Shown here: one piece after another, positions 11,635-20,900 of the stretch
How the letters are laid out: each line of letters starts with the position of its first letter
How positions within the stretch are numbered: the stretch's first letter is position 1
NCBI GenBank assembly: GCA_963559095.1
Contig: CAUWJG010000008.1
Location: forward strand, 1,342 to 65,341
Length of the DNA: 64,000 bases
From: an uncultured Collinsella sp.
GTDB lineage: Bacteria; Actinomycetota; Coriobacteriia; Coriobacteriales; Coriobacteriaceae
Direction: 5' to 3'
Translations under genes and position numbers: made by a program
Notes under the pieces: model-generated
The model's database searches: none
The model's input: only the letters and a program-made list of their open reading frames with translations
Told to the model about the DNA's origin: nothing

Positions 11635-13581
11635 CTACCAGGACCAAGTGACGCCGCCACATGGTTGCGCACTGCAGCCTGGACGACGGGCAATATAGTG
11701 CTCAAGCACCACAGGGACGGCATCGGGTGCCGTGCTGAGCAGCGGACAGTCGGCAAACACCTCATAGCCGCCGGTTCCACTGGCACGGTAGTCATTGAGT
11801 GCAAGCGCGAAGCGATCTGGCAGGGGGCGGCCATCGGCGAGGGTCATGCGCAAGACCCGTTCGCCCACGGGGCGCGCAAGGTCCACGGTATAGGAAACGC
11901 CCCGATAAAAGTCATAGTTATAGTGTTCGACCTTTGGTTCGAGAAATGCGCGCGAAACGTGCGGCGCGCCCGCCTCGTCCAGCTCGAGATAGGCGGCACA
12001 GCGCTCGAGGGCCTGTTTGAGCTGCGCAGGCGTGACCTCAATGACCATGAGTGTATTCATGAAGCGATACGCGGTGCAGATGTCGCGTCGGGTGATGACG
12101 CACGGGAGCCCCACGGGGTCATTGCCCAAACTCGTGCAGGATATGAGAGCGCCGGTCGCATCGAGTTGCGCCTCGTTTATGAGGTCGGCCAAGGTGTCGC
12201 CGCCGAGCGCGGCGGTGAGCTTGTCCTGCGCGGGGCATGCATGTGCCAAGGTGCCCACTTTGGCGTTCAGCCATGAAGCACATGCGGTGTCGAGTGGTGC
12301 GAGTGCGCTGAGCGAGGCGATGCCCTGCGGGCTGCGGGTGTGAGCGCAGGGCGAGACAAGTCGGGAGGCCGTATGTACGGTGGCGGGGTTTGGGCCGTGG
12401 CTGCTGGCGGTTTGGCCGTGCATGGCGTGGGCGCCGTCGCATGCGAGCGGGGTGCCGTCGCCGCGCGCGTCGCCGTGTGCAAGATCAACCTGCACGTCAA
12501 CACGAACGGCCCTTACGGCGTTTGCCGGCGGCTGCGCGGCCAATGTGTTGCCAAAGCGCACCTGTGCCACGGGCTTGTGCTGATGCCCGGTGAGCAGCAC
12601 GTCGAAATCGAGCTCGCGTGCCATGGCGCAGGCGCGGTTCTCCGTGGTGCTCGACAGCAAGCGGCCGCTCGCCAGATCCTCCTCAAAACCGCCGTGATAC
12701 AAACAACAGGTAATATCGCAGGTGGCGCGCAGGATGGCCGCCTGCTCGCGAGCTGCCGTGAGGGCGTCGCCGATGGCAAGGTCGGCAAGGTGCTCGGGTG
12801 CCTCCCACACGGTCACGTGATCGGTCACGATGCCCGTGATGCCGATGCGCAGGCCGCCGCGCTCCAGGATCACATGGGGCCGTATCATGAGTTCGCCGCG
12901 CTCATCGTGAACGTTTGCGCAGACGCAGACGGCCCCGGCCTTCGACATGGCACGCACATGGTCGGCCAAGACGTCGCGTCCATAGTTGAAATCGTGGTTG
13001 CCGAGCGTGAAGGCGTCGAGCCCCAAGGCGCCGAAGGCGGTGGCGACGGGGTTTGCAAACTGCGGCCCGTTTGCGGCGGATCGTGCGGCGCCCGCTTCAT
13101 CTGCATGACGGTCCAAGGTAGGGTGGGGGTGTGGCGTCGGATTCACTGCATCTGTCGTTTCCGGTTCGGTCGATGTGTCGGCCGCCGTGTCGCCGCATCC
13201 GGCCGTCGCCCCCGGCGCTTCGGGCTCGGTCTTCTTGCCATCCGCCGCCTCGTAACGCCCCATTTCTGTGTCGCCCACCGACGCGCAGCGTTTCCCCACC
13301 GTATCGGCCGCCACCCCATCGCGCTCCATGAGCCAGTAGCGCAACAGCGGCGTTCCCTGCAGCGTATCGCCGCCGTCTAAAAAGAGCGTCGGCCCCTCTG
13401 CGCGCATGGCCGTCAGCTCGCCGGAGAAATCAGCGAGGCACGCGGCGCCGGCGCTGCCCGTGGCGTAATCGGTGGGCGTGAGGCAGCCGTGCGTATCGGA
13501 TGTGAACAGGATGTGGCACGTTGCGGTATCGGCGTGGTGCGGTGTGTGTTGAGGTTGCGGCATGGCTTCCGCGTGAGGCAT
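11635..13581 (-). CDS. Bifunctional metallophosphatase/5'-nucleotidase family protein (CpdB/UshA-like, no signal peptide)
   Basis: TSDTHG, DGGDTLQG, LGNHDFNYG, LTGHQH motifs and a C-terminal 5'-nucleotidase domain (NDYRASGTGGY). Confidence 0.85.
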   Translation of the reverse strand: MPHAEAMPQPQHTPHHADTATCHILFTSDTHGCLTPTDYATGSAGAACLADFSGELTAMRAEGPTLFLDGGDTLQGTPLLRYWLMERDGVAADTVGKRCASVGDTEMGRYEAADGKKTEPEAPGATAGCGDTAADTSTEPETTDAVNPTPHPHPTLDRHADEAGAARSAANGPQFANPVATAFGALGLDAFTLGNHDFNYGRDVLADHVRAMSKAGAVCVCANVHDERGELMIRPHVILERGGLRIGITGIVTDHVTVWEAPEHLADLAIGDALTAAREQAAILRATCDITCCLYHGGFEEDLASGRLLSSTTENRACAMARELDFDVLLTGHQHKPVAQVRFGNTLAAQPPANAVRAVRVDVQVDLAHGDARGDGTPLACDGAHAMHGQTASSHGPNPATVHTASRLVSPCAHTRSPQGIASLSALAPLDTACASWLNAKVGTLAHACPAQDKLTAALGGDTLADLINEAQLDATGALISCTSLGNDPVGLPCVITRRDICTAYRFMNTLMVIEVTPAQLKQALERCAAYLELDEAGAPHVSRAFLEPKVEHYNYDFYRGVSYTVDLARPVGERVLRMTLADGRPLPDRFALALNDYRASGTGGYEVFADCPLLSTAPDAVPVVLEHYIARRPGCSAQPCGGVTWSW

Positions 13582-13654
13582 AAGAGGTCTCCTTGGTCAT
13601 GCGGTTTTCTGGTTGAGGGGCAGAAGGCTCGGCGTGGTGTTTGCTTGTGCCGCG

Positions 13655-14521
13655 CTATGCCGTAAAGGGCCATTCGCCGCGTGCGATGGCGGCGATGGCG
13701 TGGGGCACGGCGTCCTCTTCCACGGGGCCGATATGCCACCGTGCGGCGGCTTTCGCGTCGGCAGTCGCGCCGGCGACTGCGACCGAGTTGGGTACGGCTG
13801 AGAGCATCTCGATATCGTTGTTGGCATCGCCAAACACGACGACCTGCTCCAGACCTATGCCCAATGCCCGGCAGAGGAATGTGACCGCTTCGCCCTTGTT
13901 CCAGCCGCGCGGTGTCATGTTCACAAAGCCCGGGTGGGGCAGGGAGTAGTCGAGGGCGGTCACACGCGTGCGCAGATGTTCCAGCACCGCGCGCGTCGCA
14001 TCGATGTCTGCAGGGGTGAATACGTTCACTTTGACGATGGGTTTGTGCGGCACGTCGTCTATATAGCGCGCGACCGGGGCATACGCGGGGAAGCTTTTGC
14101 CGAGGTCCTCGATGGAGCCTTCGACAACGAGCGGTACGGCGCCGTCGAAACAGACAAGACCGCAACCCTCGATGTCGCGCACCGCATCGGCGAGGGCGAC
14201 GATATGCTCGCGAGCGATGCACGCTTGGTGGATGAGGGATCCGTCGAGGTAGATTTCCATGCCGTTGGTGGCGAGGGCGGTGCGACAACAGGCTGTATCG
14301 CCATCAAAAACCGGATAGGCGAGCACGGCTGCGCGACCTGAGGCCGGACCGATGCGAATGCCCGCATCGAGTGCCGCGTGAAACGCGTCGCGGCATGTCT
14401 GGCTGACGGTCGTTTTGCCGTACGGCAGGATGGTCCCATCGATGTCGCTCAAGATGAGCTTGATGGACTCGGCGCATGCGTTGCGGTCGGTATCGGTGTG
14501 GTTGTACATGGATCCTCGCAC
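13655..14521 (-). CDS. Cof-type HAD-IIB phosphatase
   Basis: DIDGT, ASGR, NKG, FGDANNDIEM motifs; start uncertain (14509 or 14521). Confidence 0.88.
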   Translation of the reverse strand: MRGSMYNHTDTDRNACAESIKLILSDIDGTILPYGKTTVSQTCRDAFHAALDAGIRIGPASGRAAVLAYPVFDGDTACCRTALATNGMEIYLDGSLIHQACIAREHIVALADAVRDIEGCGLVCFDGAVPLVVEGSIEDLGKSFPAYAPVARYIDDVPHKPIVKVNVFTPADIDATRAVLEHLRTRVTALDYSLPHPGFVNMTPRGWNKGEAVTFLCRALGIGLEQVVVFGDANNDIEMLSAVPNSVAVAGATADAKAAARWHIGPVEEDAVPHAIAAIARGEWPFTA

Positions 14522-14631
14522 TCTGACGCGGTGGTTTGGTGTCCCTATGGTACACGGTTTGCATGGGCGCGGGTTTTACGGGGACCGGATGCGCTACCAT
14601 GGCTTCAGCTCATGTAACAGAAAGGACGCGT

Positions 14632-14787
14632 ATGCCTGTAAACGATGCACGCGCAGAGCGCGAGACGGATGAGACCCCTGCCGATCCGTGCATCCGCGCA
14701 GAGAATGAGGATGATGACGGCTACGATCCATATTCCGATCGTTTGCCCGATCCCGAGCCGTTGTTCGAGCGCGATCCGTGGGCGTAG
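14632..14787 (+). CDS. Small acidic hypothetical protein (51 aa)
   Basis: GAAAGGA RBS before ATG 14632; DDDGYDPYSDR...PLFERDPW; overlaps the start of the GluQRS ORF. Confidence 0.55.
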   Translation: MPVNDARAERETDETPADPCIRAENEDDDGYDPYSDRLPDPEPLFERDPWA

Positions 14788-15887
14788 CGGATGCGGCTGC
14801 CGCGTGCGGCTGTGACGGGCACGATGCGGGCGCGCGCGGCGGTGGTGAGCGCGGTTTGCTCGGGCATCGTTCAGACGGGTGCAGTTCGGCCGAGTTGGGG
14901 GATGGGTGCGCCTCGGTACCCAACCGTTCTTGCCGGCCAGCGGTCGGTCGCTTTGCCCCGTCGCCCACGGGTCGTATGCATCTGGGTAACGTCTATGCGC
15001 TGCTGATGGCGTGGCTGTCGGCCCGCAGCCAACAGGGTCGCGTGGTGCTGCGCATCGAGGACTTGGACGACCGTTCCCGCAGCGGCCCGTGGGACACGCT
15101 GCTCATGGACGATTTGCGCTGGCTTGGTCTGGATTGGGACGAGGGCCCGTATTACCAGACCGATCGGCTTGACCTATATCGGGACGCGCTCGCCGCGCTT
15201 GCTGATGCGGGGCTCGTGTACCCTTGCTTTTGCACGCGGGCGGAGCTCCATGCGGCAAGCGCGCCCCATGCGAGTGACGGCACGCCGGTGTATGCGGGGA
15301 CGTGCCGGGATCTGTCGGCCGAAGCGGTGGCTGAGCGGTCGCGCGTGCGTCCGCCGGCGCAGCGCTTGCGTGTGCCCGGAGCGGCCGACCTGACGGGTGA
15401 GATTTCCTTCACCGATCGCGTGTACGGAGAGCGCCATGAGACGCTCGCGCGGGAGTGCGGCGACTTTTTGGTGCAGCGCAGCGACGGGGTGTTCGCCTAC
15501 CAGCTGGCCGTGGTGGTGGATGACGCCGCGATGGGCGTGACCGAGGTGGTGCGTGGGTGCGATTTGCTGGGATCCACGGCGCGCCAAATCTATGTGCAAA
15601 ACCTGCTCGGCTATGCCCATCCTTGCTATGCGCATGTGCCGTTGGTGGTGGCGCCCGATGGCCGGCGCCTGTCCAAGCGCGATCGCGATTGCGACATGGG
15701 CGTACTGCGCGAGCGCTTTGGGGCGCCCGAGCGTCTGCTGGGCTGGCTTGCGCACGCGGCGGGGCTTGCGCCGAGCGCAGAGCCGGTGAGCGCCGAGCAG
15801 CTTGCCGACGGTTTCTCATGGGACGCCGTGCGCGCGCGGCATGAGGACATCGTGGTGAGTGGCACGCCGATCATCGGGCGCGGTTGA
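14778..15887 (+). CDS. gluQ: tRNA glutamyl-Q(34) synthetase GluQRS
   Basis: GRFAPSPTGRMHLGN, LRIEDLD, YPCFC..Y..TCR zinc motif, YQLAVVVDD, RLSKR; no anticodon-binding domain. True start may lie downstream. Confidence 0.88.
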   Translation: MGVADAAAACGCDGHDAGARGGGERGLLGHRSDGCSSAELGDGCASVPNRSCRPAVGRFAPSPTGRMHLGNVYALLMAWLSARSQQGRVVLRIEDLDDRSRSGPWDTLLMDDLRWLGLDWDEGPYYQTDRLDLYRDALAALADAGLVYPCFCTRAELHAASAPHASDGTPVYAGTCRDLSAEAVAERSRVRPPAQRLRVPGAADLTGEISFTDRVYGERHETLARECGDFLVQRSDGVFAYQLAVVVDDAAMGVTEVVRGCDLLGSTARQIYVQNLLGYAHPCYAHVPLVVAPDGRRLSKRDRDCDMGVLRERFGAPERLLGWLAHAAGLAPSAEPVSAEQLADGFSWDAVRARHEDIVVSGTPIIGRG

Positions 15888-16049
15888 CGCCTTGCCCCGT
15901 AAGGTGGCATGGGCATTGCGATGGCCGCGCCACCCATGCGCGCTGCCGTGTGAGTGCGCGCACGGCAGCGCGGTCGCATTGATGTGCGGTTGACTTGGTG
16001 TTGGCACGGCCGGAATCCCATGGGGTGGCCGCCCGCCCGTTGTTCTCAG

Positions 16050-16700
16050 CTAGCCGAAGAGCCCTTGGAGCAGTGGAAGGCCGTAACGCGCGCACAAAAA
16101 ACCGACTGCGGCGGCTATCAGGGCCCAACCGACCGCGCGGATGACGCGCATCCAGTTCGGCAGCGCGCGCTCTCGGCGACCGCGCTCGGTGTCGCGGTCG
16201 GGCTCATCGCCGTTTATGAAGTCGGACACCTCGCGGTACGTCACGAGGTCATGGTCGCGCTTGATGTGCTCTGTCCAAATGGCGGCAAACATCGCCGCGC
16301 CCCACAACGTAAGCGCGAGCAGAATGGTCGGCACCGTCTGGCCGAGATCCCAATCCCAGACGGTCAGCTGCACGGTGAACCAGGCAACTGCCATAAGCAC
16401 GAGCGCCAACAGCCCCAGCATGGCAAAGCCGAGGCGGCGGATGATGATGGCGTCATGGTCAAGTGTCTTGCGCATGGTCTCCACGTCTCCTTTGATGAGG
16501 GAGTCGACGGTCGCGCCGAAGATTTCAGAGAGGAGCAGCAGGCTCTGGACATCGGGATAGGTTTTACCGTTTTCCCATGAGCTGATGGTTTGACGGCTTA
16601 CGTACACCCGCGCCGCGAGATCGTCTTGCGACATCGCAAGCGCCGCGCGGTGCTCGCGGATACGGTTGCCGATTTCCATCGTTGCCGTCACTGTTGCCAT
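16050..16700 (-). CDS. XRE-family HTH regulator with C-terminal transmembrane helices
   Basis: IREHR..MSQDDLA..VSRQTISSWENGKTYPD followed by about 3 hydrophobic segments. Confidence 0.85.
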   Translation of the reverse strand: MATVTATMEIGNRIREHRAALAMSQDDLAARVYVSRQTISSWENGKTYPDVQSLLLLSEIFGATVDSLIKGDVETMRKTLDHDAIIIRRLGFAMLGLLALVLMAVAWFTVQLTVWDWDLGQTVPTILLALTLWGAAMFAAIWTEHIKRDHDLVTYREVSDFINGDEPDRDTERGRRERALPNWMRVIRAVGWALIAAAVGFLCARYGLPLLQGLFG

Positions 16701-16865
16701 CCCTTCTTCTGCGGTGCGACCCTTACGCATATGACCATGCGCCACATTGTCGCATCGTACCATCAAAGGTTTCCGACATGGTCCGCCAGGGTGCGAAATC
16801 TGTGTATCAAGAGTTCTTTACATGGTTGTTTACCTGCGATGATTGTATGTCGTGTAGAAAGCTGC

Positions 16866-17197
16866 CGCCTTGCGGGCTCCGCTGGAAAACGGCTCGCGCC
16901 GTTTCCTCAGCTCCGCGCCCCGAACGGGGTTCGAATCCGTGTAGGGGCAACAAAAAAGCGAGCCCCTGGGGACTCGCTTCTTGGTTCCAACTGGCGGAGA
17001 GCTGGGGATTCGCCGGGCGGCTGGCGCCGCCCTCTTTCCGCTGCGGCGCTCTGCGCCTTGCGGGCTCCGCTGGAAAACGCTGACGCGTTTCCGCAGCTCC
17101 GCGCCCCGAACGGGGTTCGAATCCGTGTAGGGGCAACAAAAAAGCGAGCTCTGGGGACTCGCTTCTTGGTTCTAACTGGCGGAGAGCTGGGGATTCG
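16866..17197 (-). repeat. tRNA-linked tandem repeat (two ~145-bp copies, ~185-bp period, each including the tRNA 3' end and terminator)
   Basis: 16866-17012 and 17054-17197 are near-identical; TGGCGGAGAGCTGGGGATTCG occurs at 16992 and 17177. Confidence 0.9.
17138..17166 (-). terminator. Intrinsic terminator of tRNA-Ser (duplicated at about 16952-16981)
   Basis: Minus strand reads AAGCGAG-loop-CTCGCTTTTTT. Confidence 0.7.
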
Positions 17198-17268
17198 AAC
17201 CCCAGATGGGCTTTGCGGCCCATACTCGCTTAGCAGGCGAGCACCTTCGGCCTCTCGGTCAGCTCTCC
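17177..17268 (-). tRNA. tRNA-Ser(GCT)
   Basis: Reverse complement gives GGAGAGC acceptor stem, anticodon arm CTCGC-CTGCTAA-GCGAG, long variable arm, GGTTCGAATCC T-arm and encoded CCA. Confidence 0.96.
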
Positions 17269-17522
17269 GGAACAGCCGCCCTATCATAGCGCACTTGATG
17301 CCGCCCGCACAAGCACAGATGCAAGTTTGGCCAAAAGTTTGGAAAATGCTCCCAAGGTTTCGTCGGTCGAACATCCTTTGGGGCCCGAACGCCCGCCCGC
17401 TGGGCGTGCGGCATCCGTCCCGCGCAAAGCAGCTGTTGAGCAGGCGGCTGCCCGCTCAAGCATCGGCTATCGCGCGTGGGCGCCCTTGGCGCTTCGACCA
17501 AAAGCGCCCCACTCGCCCAGGC

Positions 17523-18041
17523 CTACAGCGGCAACGCCGTCATCTGCGTATACACGCGGCTCTGGTACTCGCGATCCAAATCGTACAGCCCTTTCGGATC
17601 GCTGCCAAACAGCTTCATGTTGCTGACCATGTCGCGCGCGTTGGCCTCCTCTTCGCCCTGCTCCTTCACGAAGTAATCGAGCATCTGCAGGGCGCGGATG
17701 TCGTGTGCCTGCTGCGCGACCTCATAGCAATGATGGATGAGGCCCGTCACATACTCCTCATGCGCAAGTCCCGCCTCAAGCGGGGCAAGGTCGTTCTCAA
17801 ACTGCATATCAGGTTGGGCAATGGCGCGCATGATGGGCTGGTAGTCGTTGTTCAACAGGTAGCGGCGGATGGCCATGGCGTGGTCGATTTCCTCTTTGAC
17901 TTGGATTTCATACCAGTTGGCAAAGCCCTTGAGGCCGCGGGCCTCATAGTAGTCGGCAAAGGTGAGGTAGAGGTAGGCGGAGTAGAACTCGTGGTTGATT
18001 TGCTCTTCCAAAACCTGGGCAACCTGCTCGTTCATGGCCAT
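17523..18041 (-). CDS. ftnA: Non-heme ferritin
   Basis: QINHEFYSAYLY, EEIDHA, EQGEEE ferroxidase residues. Confidence 0.92.
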   Translation of the reverse strand: MAMNEQVAQVLEEQINHEFYSAYLYLTFADYYEARGLKGFANWYEIQVKEEIDHAMAIRRYLLNNDYQPIMRAIAQPDMQFENDLAPLEAGLAHEEYVTGLIHHCYEVAQQAHDIRALQMLDYFVKEQGEEEANARDMVSNMKLFGSDPKGLYDLDREYQSRVYTQMTALPL

Positions 18042-18318
18042 GTGCGCTCCTTTTCTCGGGTGTGGCGCTTGGGCGCGCCATCATGGCAAGTATACTCCCG
18101 CGTGGCTGCACGCGCGGGCGATGGGCCGCTGCGCGGAAGCATCTGTGCACGCGGGAAACCCGATGTACATGCGATACGCGCTCTCGGGATTCCGGCCGAC
18201 CGAAGGCTTTCGATGCGACTCGCGCCTGATGCGCGCCTGGGCCCTGCATGTTGGGAGTTGGTCGGCGATGTGCGTGCGTCAGGGTATGATGGACATAGAC
18301 AAACGATAGGAGTTTGAC

Positions 18319-18513
18319 ATGTCGTGGCTCACCATCATTGCGGCCCTACTGGTTCTTGCGGCGATTATCTCGCTGGTGCTATCACTGCTGGGTGTTTTGA
18401 TTGTCGGCGCGCTCAAGTTGCTGCCCGGCGTGTTCATCGTACTTGCGGTTATTTTCTTTACGCGTGGCGGGCGCATCGACGTGCATATGCCTGATTCGTG
18501 GAAAAAGCGATAG
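18319..18513 (+). CDS. Small membrane protein
   Basis: AGGAG RBS; 64 aa, almost entirely hydrophobic with a basic C-terminal tail. Confidence 0.65.
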   Translation: MSWLTIIAALLVLAAIISLVLSLLGVLIVGALKLLPGVFIVLAVIFFTRGGRIDVHMPDSWKKR

Positions 18514-18531
18514 CCAGCGCCCTCTTTTGCC

Positions 18532-19167
18532 TTACCCCAGCTGCATGAGGGCGGGACACGGCGCTGCATCCGTGCCCGATGCGATACCGATGACCTCATC
18601 GATGATGCCAAGTTCGAGTGCCCGCTCAGCGTCGCACCAGCAATCGCGGTCGGTGAGCTCATGGATGCTTGACGGGGTGCTACCACATCGGCGCGCCAAG
18701 AGCTCATCGAGCCGTCCGCGCATCGCGGACGTTTGGGCGGCAAGGATGTCGATGTCGCTTTGCTGCGCGACGCCCGTGCTGGTCATGAGTTGATGCAGCA
18801 GGATCTGGCTGTTGGGGTAGGCGCGACGCCGCGCTCCGCATGCCAAGATGACGCTTGCCATACTCGCAACCAGCCCAAAGGCAACGGTGTTGACGGGGCA
18901 GGCGATATCGTCCATCACGTCAATTAAGCCAAGACCCGCGTGGACCTCGCCGCCCGGGCTGCTGATGAGCAGTGTGACGGGCGCATGGGGATCCTTGTAC
19001 TCAAGTACGAGCAGGTCGGCGATGAGCTGCGAGCACGTGGCGGTGGTGACCTCGGAGTTCAACATGAGCACACGGTGGTTGAACAGTTCGCTCATGACAT
19101 CGAGGCTGCGCTGCGTGCCGTTGCCCTGGCAGGTGATGTTTGCGGGATTGAACAGGGGCGAAGGCAT
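18532..19167 (-). CDS. ClpP-family protease subunit (accessory paralog)
   Basis: ISSPGG, ASMAS (catalytic Ser), LLHQ (His), DRD (Asp), ALELGIIDEVI. Confidence 0.9.
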   Translation of the reverse strand: MPSPLFNPANITCQGNGTQRSLDVMSELFNHRVLMLNSEVTTATCSQLIADLLVLEYKDPHAPVTLLISSPGGEVHAGLGLIDVMDDIACPVNTVAFGLVASMASVILACGARRRAYPNSQILLHQLMTSTGVAQQSDIDILAAQTSAMRGRLDELLARRCGSTPSSIHELTDRDCWCDAERALELGIIDEVIGIASGTDAAPCPALMQLG

Positions 19168-19325
19168 GGTGGAGTCCTTTCGGGAAGGGGGCGGGATTGG
19201 GCTGAGGGGCGCGCGGCTGCTTGGATGAGGTCGGGCGCAGGGTGAAGGGTGCGGCGATGTCCTGGGGCCTGCGGGCGGAGCGCCGGGGCGTATGGTTTTA
19301 CGGTCTCAGCGCCCAGCTGGGGCTC

Positions 19326-20831
19326 TTATGCTTCCAAATCGAGGAATCGCGCAGCGTTCGGATGCTCGCGCGCATCGTACTTTCGCGTGAGGAACGGGCG
19401 CTCACCGGCAATCTTGACGATGCAAGAGCGTCGCGGCAACAGACTTGCACTGGTGGGGTCAACCGTCTGCTCAACAACGGCCGCAGGCGTGCGTTCGAGC
19501 CCCACCTCCTTCGAGCCGACCTCGGTGGTACCGCACAACTCGCTCATGAACGCGGCGTTTTCCACCGACATGCCCGACCCCATGAACACAAGCGCATGGC
19601 AGTTTTCCAGGATGAGCTTGCGCACCTTTTCGCCGTATACATGGTCGAGCTGCATGAGGCTTTGCACGCACAGGATAAACCCCATGTTGCGTGAGCGGAC
19701 AATCGAGATTGCCCGCTCGAAGTCGTCGATGCGTCCGAGGTTGGCGAACTCGTCGCATACGAATTGGACAGGTCGTTCGAGGCGCCCGTCGGGCAGGGTA
19801 TCGGCCTTTTTCAGCGTGAGGTAGAGCAGCTGTTTGAAGGCGAGGTTGCCCAGGAAGGAATTGGAGGCGTCGTTGTCGGACATGACTAAGTACAACACGC
19901 GCTTGCCTTCATCGAGGGCATCGAGGTGCAGGTCATCGTGGGAGAGGATGCGTTCCATTTCTGGCGTCTTGAGGCGCGCCAGGTCGCTGCGCAGCTGGAT
20001 GAGGATGCTGCGTACGGTGCGCTCGGCCCCACTTATGAAGGCGCGATATTGTTGAATGCCATAGCAGGTGGGCCGTGGGGTGAAGTGCACATCGCGCTCG
20101 CCGGGGCGCAGTGCCGGAATATATCCGTTGGCCAGTGCCTGGATAATTCGGTCAATGGGGCCATCGAGTTTCTGGGAGCCTTCGGTGGGGGCTTGGATCA
20201 GATCGAGCAAACGGCACAGATTAGGGATGGTGAGGTAGCGCATTTGGGTGTACCCTGCGCCCGGTGCAAGCGCGCCGTTGATGGTTTCGTACTCGTAGAG
20301 CAGGCCGGTTAGTCCCTGGGCGCACATCTCGGCTGATTGGGGCCAGAACGGCTCTGTGGTGCGGGCGTGTCCGGGGCTGACGGCATCGAGCAGCATATGA
20401 ATGACAACGGGGATGTCATCGGTGGTGCGTATATAGGCGAGAGGATTGTAGTGCGCGGACTGCGCCAAGTCGATGGTATTCAGGCGCTGCACCTCGTAGC
20501 CGTCGGCGGCAAAACCGCGGGCCGTGGCGCGGGAGAGCTCGCCTTTGGTGTCGGTGACCACGTAGTTGCAGGCAAGGTGGCTGACGAGGTTCGGTAGGAT
20601 GCCGCCGCGCGTTTTGCCCATACCCGAGCTGGCGAGGAAGAGCACGTTGTTATTGGTTGCCACATCGAAATCAACGGAGGTGTCAAAGGCGATACTGGCA
20701 TCCTCGGCCAAGATGAGATCGTGATCCAAGTTGCCGGAGCTGTACCGGGCGAGCTCCTCGGTTGTTGCCCAGCGGTGGATGTCGAACGGCTGGGGTTCGT
20801 ATTCGAATGGATGCAGGGCTATGGCTCCCAT
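19326..20831 (-). CDS. VirD4/TraG-family coupling-protein-like ATPase lacking an N-terminal membrane anchor
   Basis: NNNVL..SSGMGKTR Walker A, TDTKGEL, YNPL, PFW, CDEFANLG Walker B, RSR..QSLMQL..YG. Confidence 0.85.
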   Translation of the reverse strand: MGAIALHPFEYEPQPFDIHRWATTEELARYSSGNLDHDLILAEDASIAFDTSVDFDVATNNNVLFLASSGMGKTRGGILPNLVSHLACNYVVTDTKGELSRATARGFAADGYEVQRLNTIDLAQSAHYNPLAYIRTTDDIPVVIHMLLDAVSPGHARTTEPFWPQSAEMCAQGLTGLLYEYETINGALAPGAGYTQMRYLTIPNLCRLLDLIQAPTEGSQKLDGPIDRIIQALANGYIPALRPGERDVHFTPRPTCYGIQQYRAFISGAERTVRSILIQLRSDLARLKTPEMERILSHDDLHLDALDEGKRVLYLVMSDNDASNSFLGNLAFKQLLYLTLKKADTLPDGRLERPVQFVCDEFANLGRIDDFERAISIVRSRNMGFILCVQSLMQLDHVYGEKVRKLILENCHALVFMGSGMSVENAAFMSELCGTTEVGSKEVGLERTPAAVVEQTVDPTSASLLPRRSCIVKIAGERPFLTRKYDAREHPNAARFLDLEA

Positions 20832-20900
20832 GGGGACTCCTTGTGGTGTGTGAGACGGCGGGTGGCACGGGGCGGCGGCGGAGCGCAGCGTGGCGGCTGG

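Noticed and set aside
16992-17012. Second tRNA-Ser gene
   Set aside because: Only the last 21 nt are present; no D arm or anticodon arm.
16866-17197. CRISPR array, or attL/attR of an integrated island
   Set aside because: Only two ~145-bp copies, no spacer series and no cas genes; the tRNA-end copies are just 185 bp apart with no integrase between them.
16590-18317. 575-aa plus-strand ORF with an internal repeat
   Set aside because: It runs across the tRNA, its tandem repeat and the antisense of ferritin; the peptide repeat merely reflects the DNA repeat.
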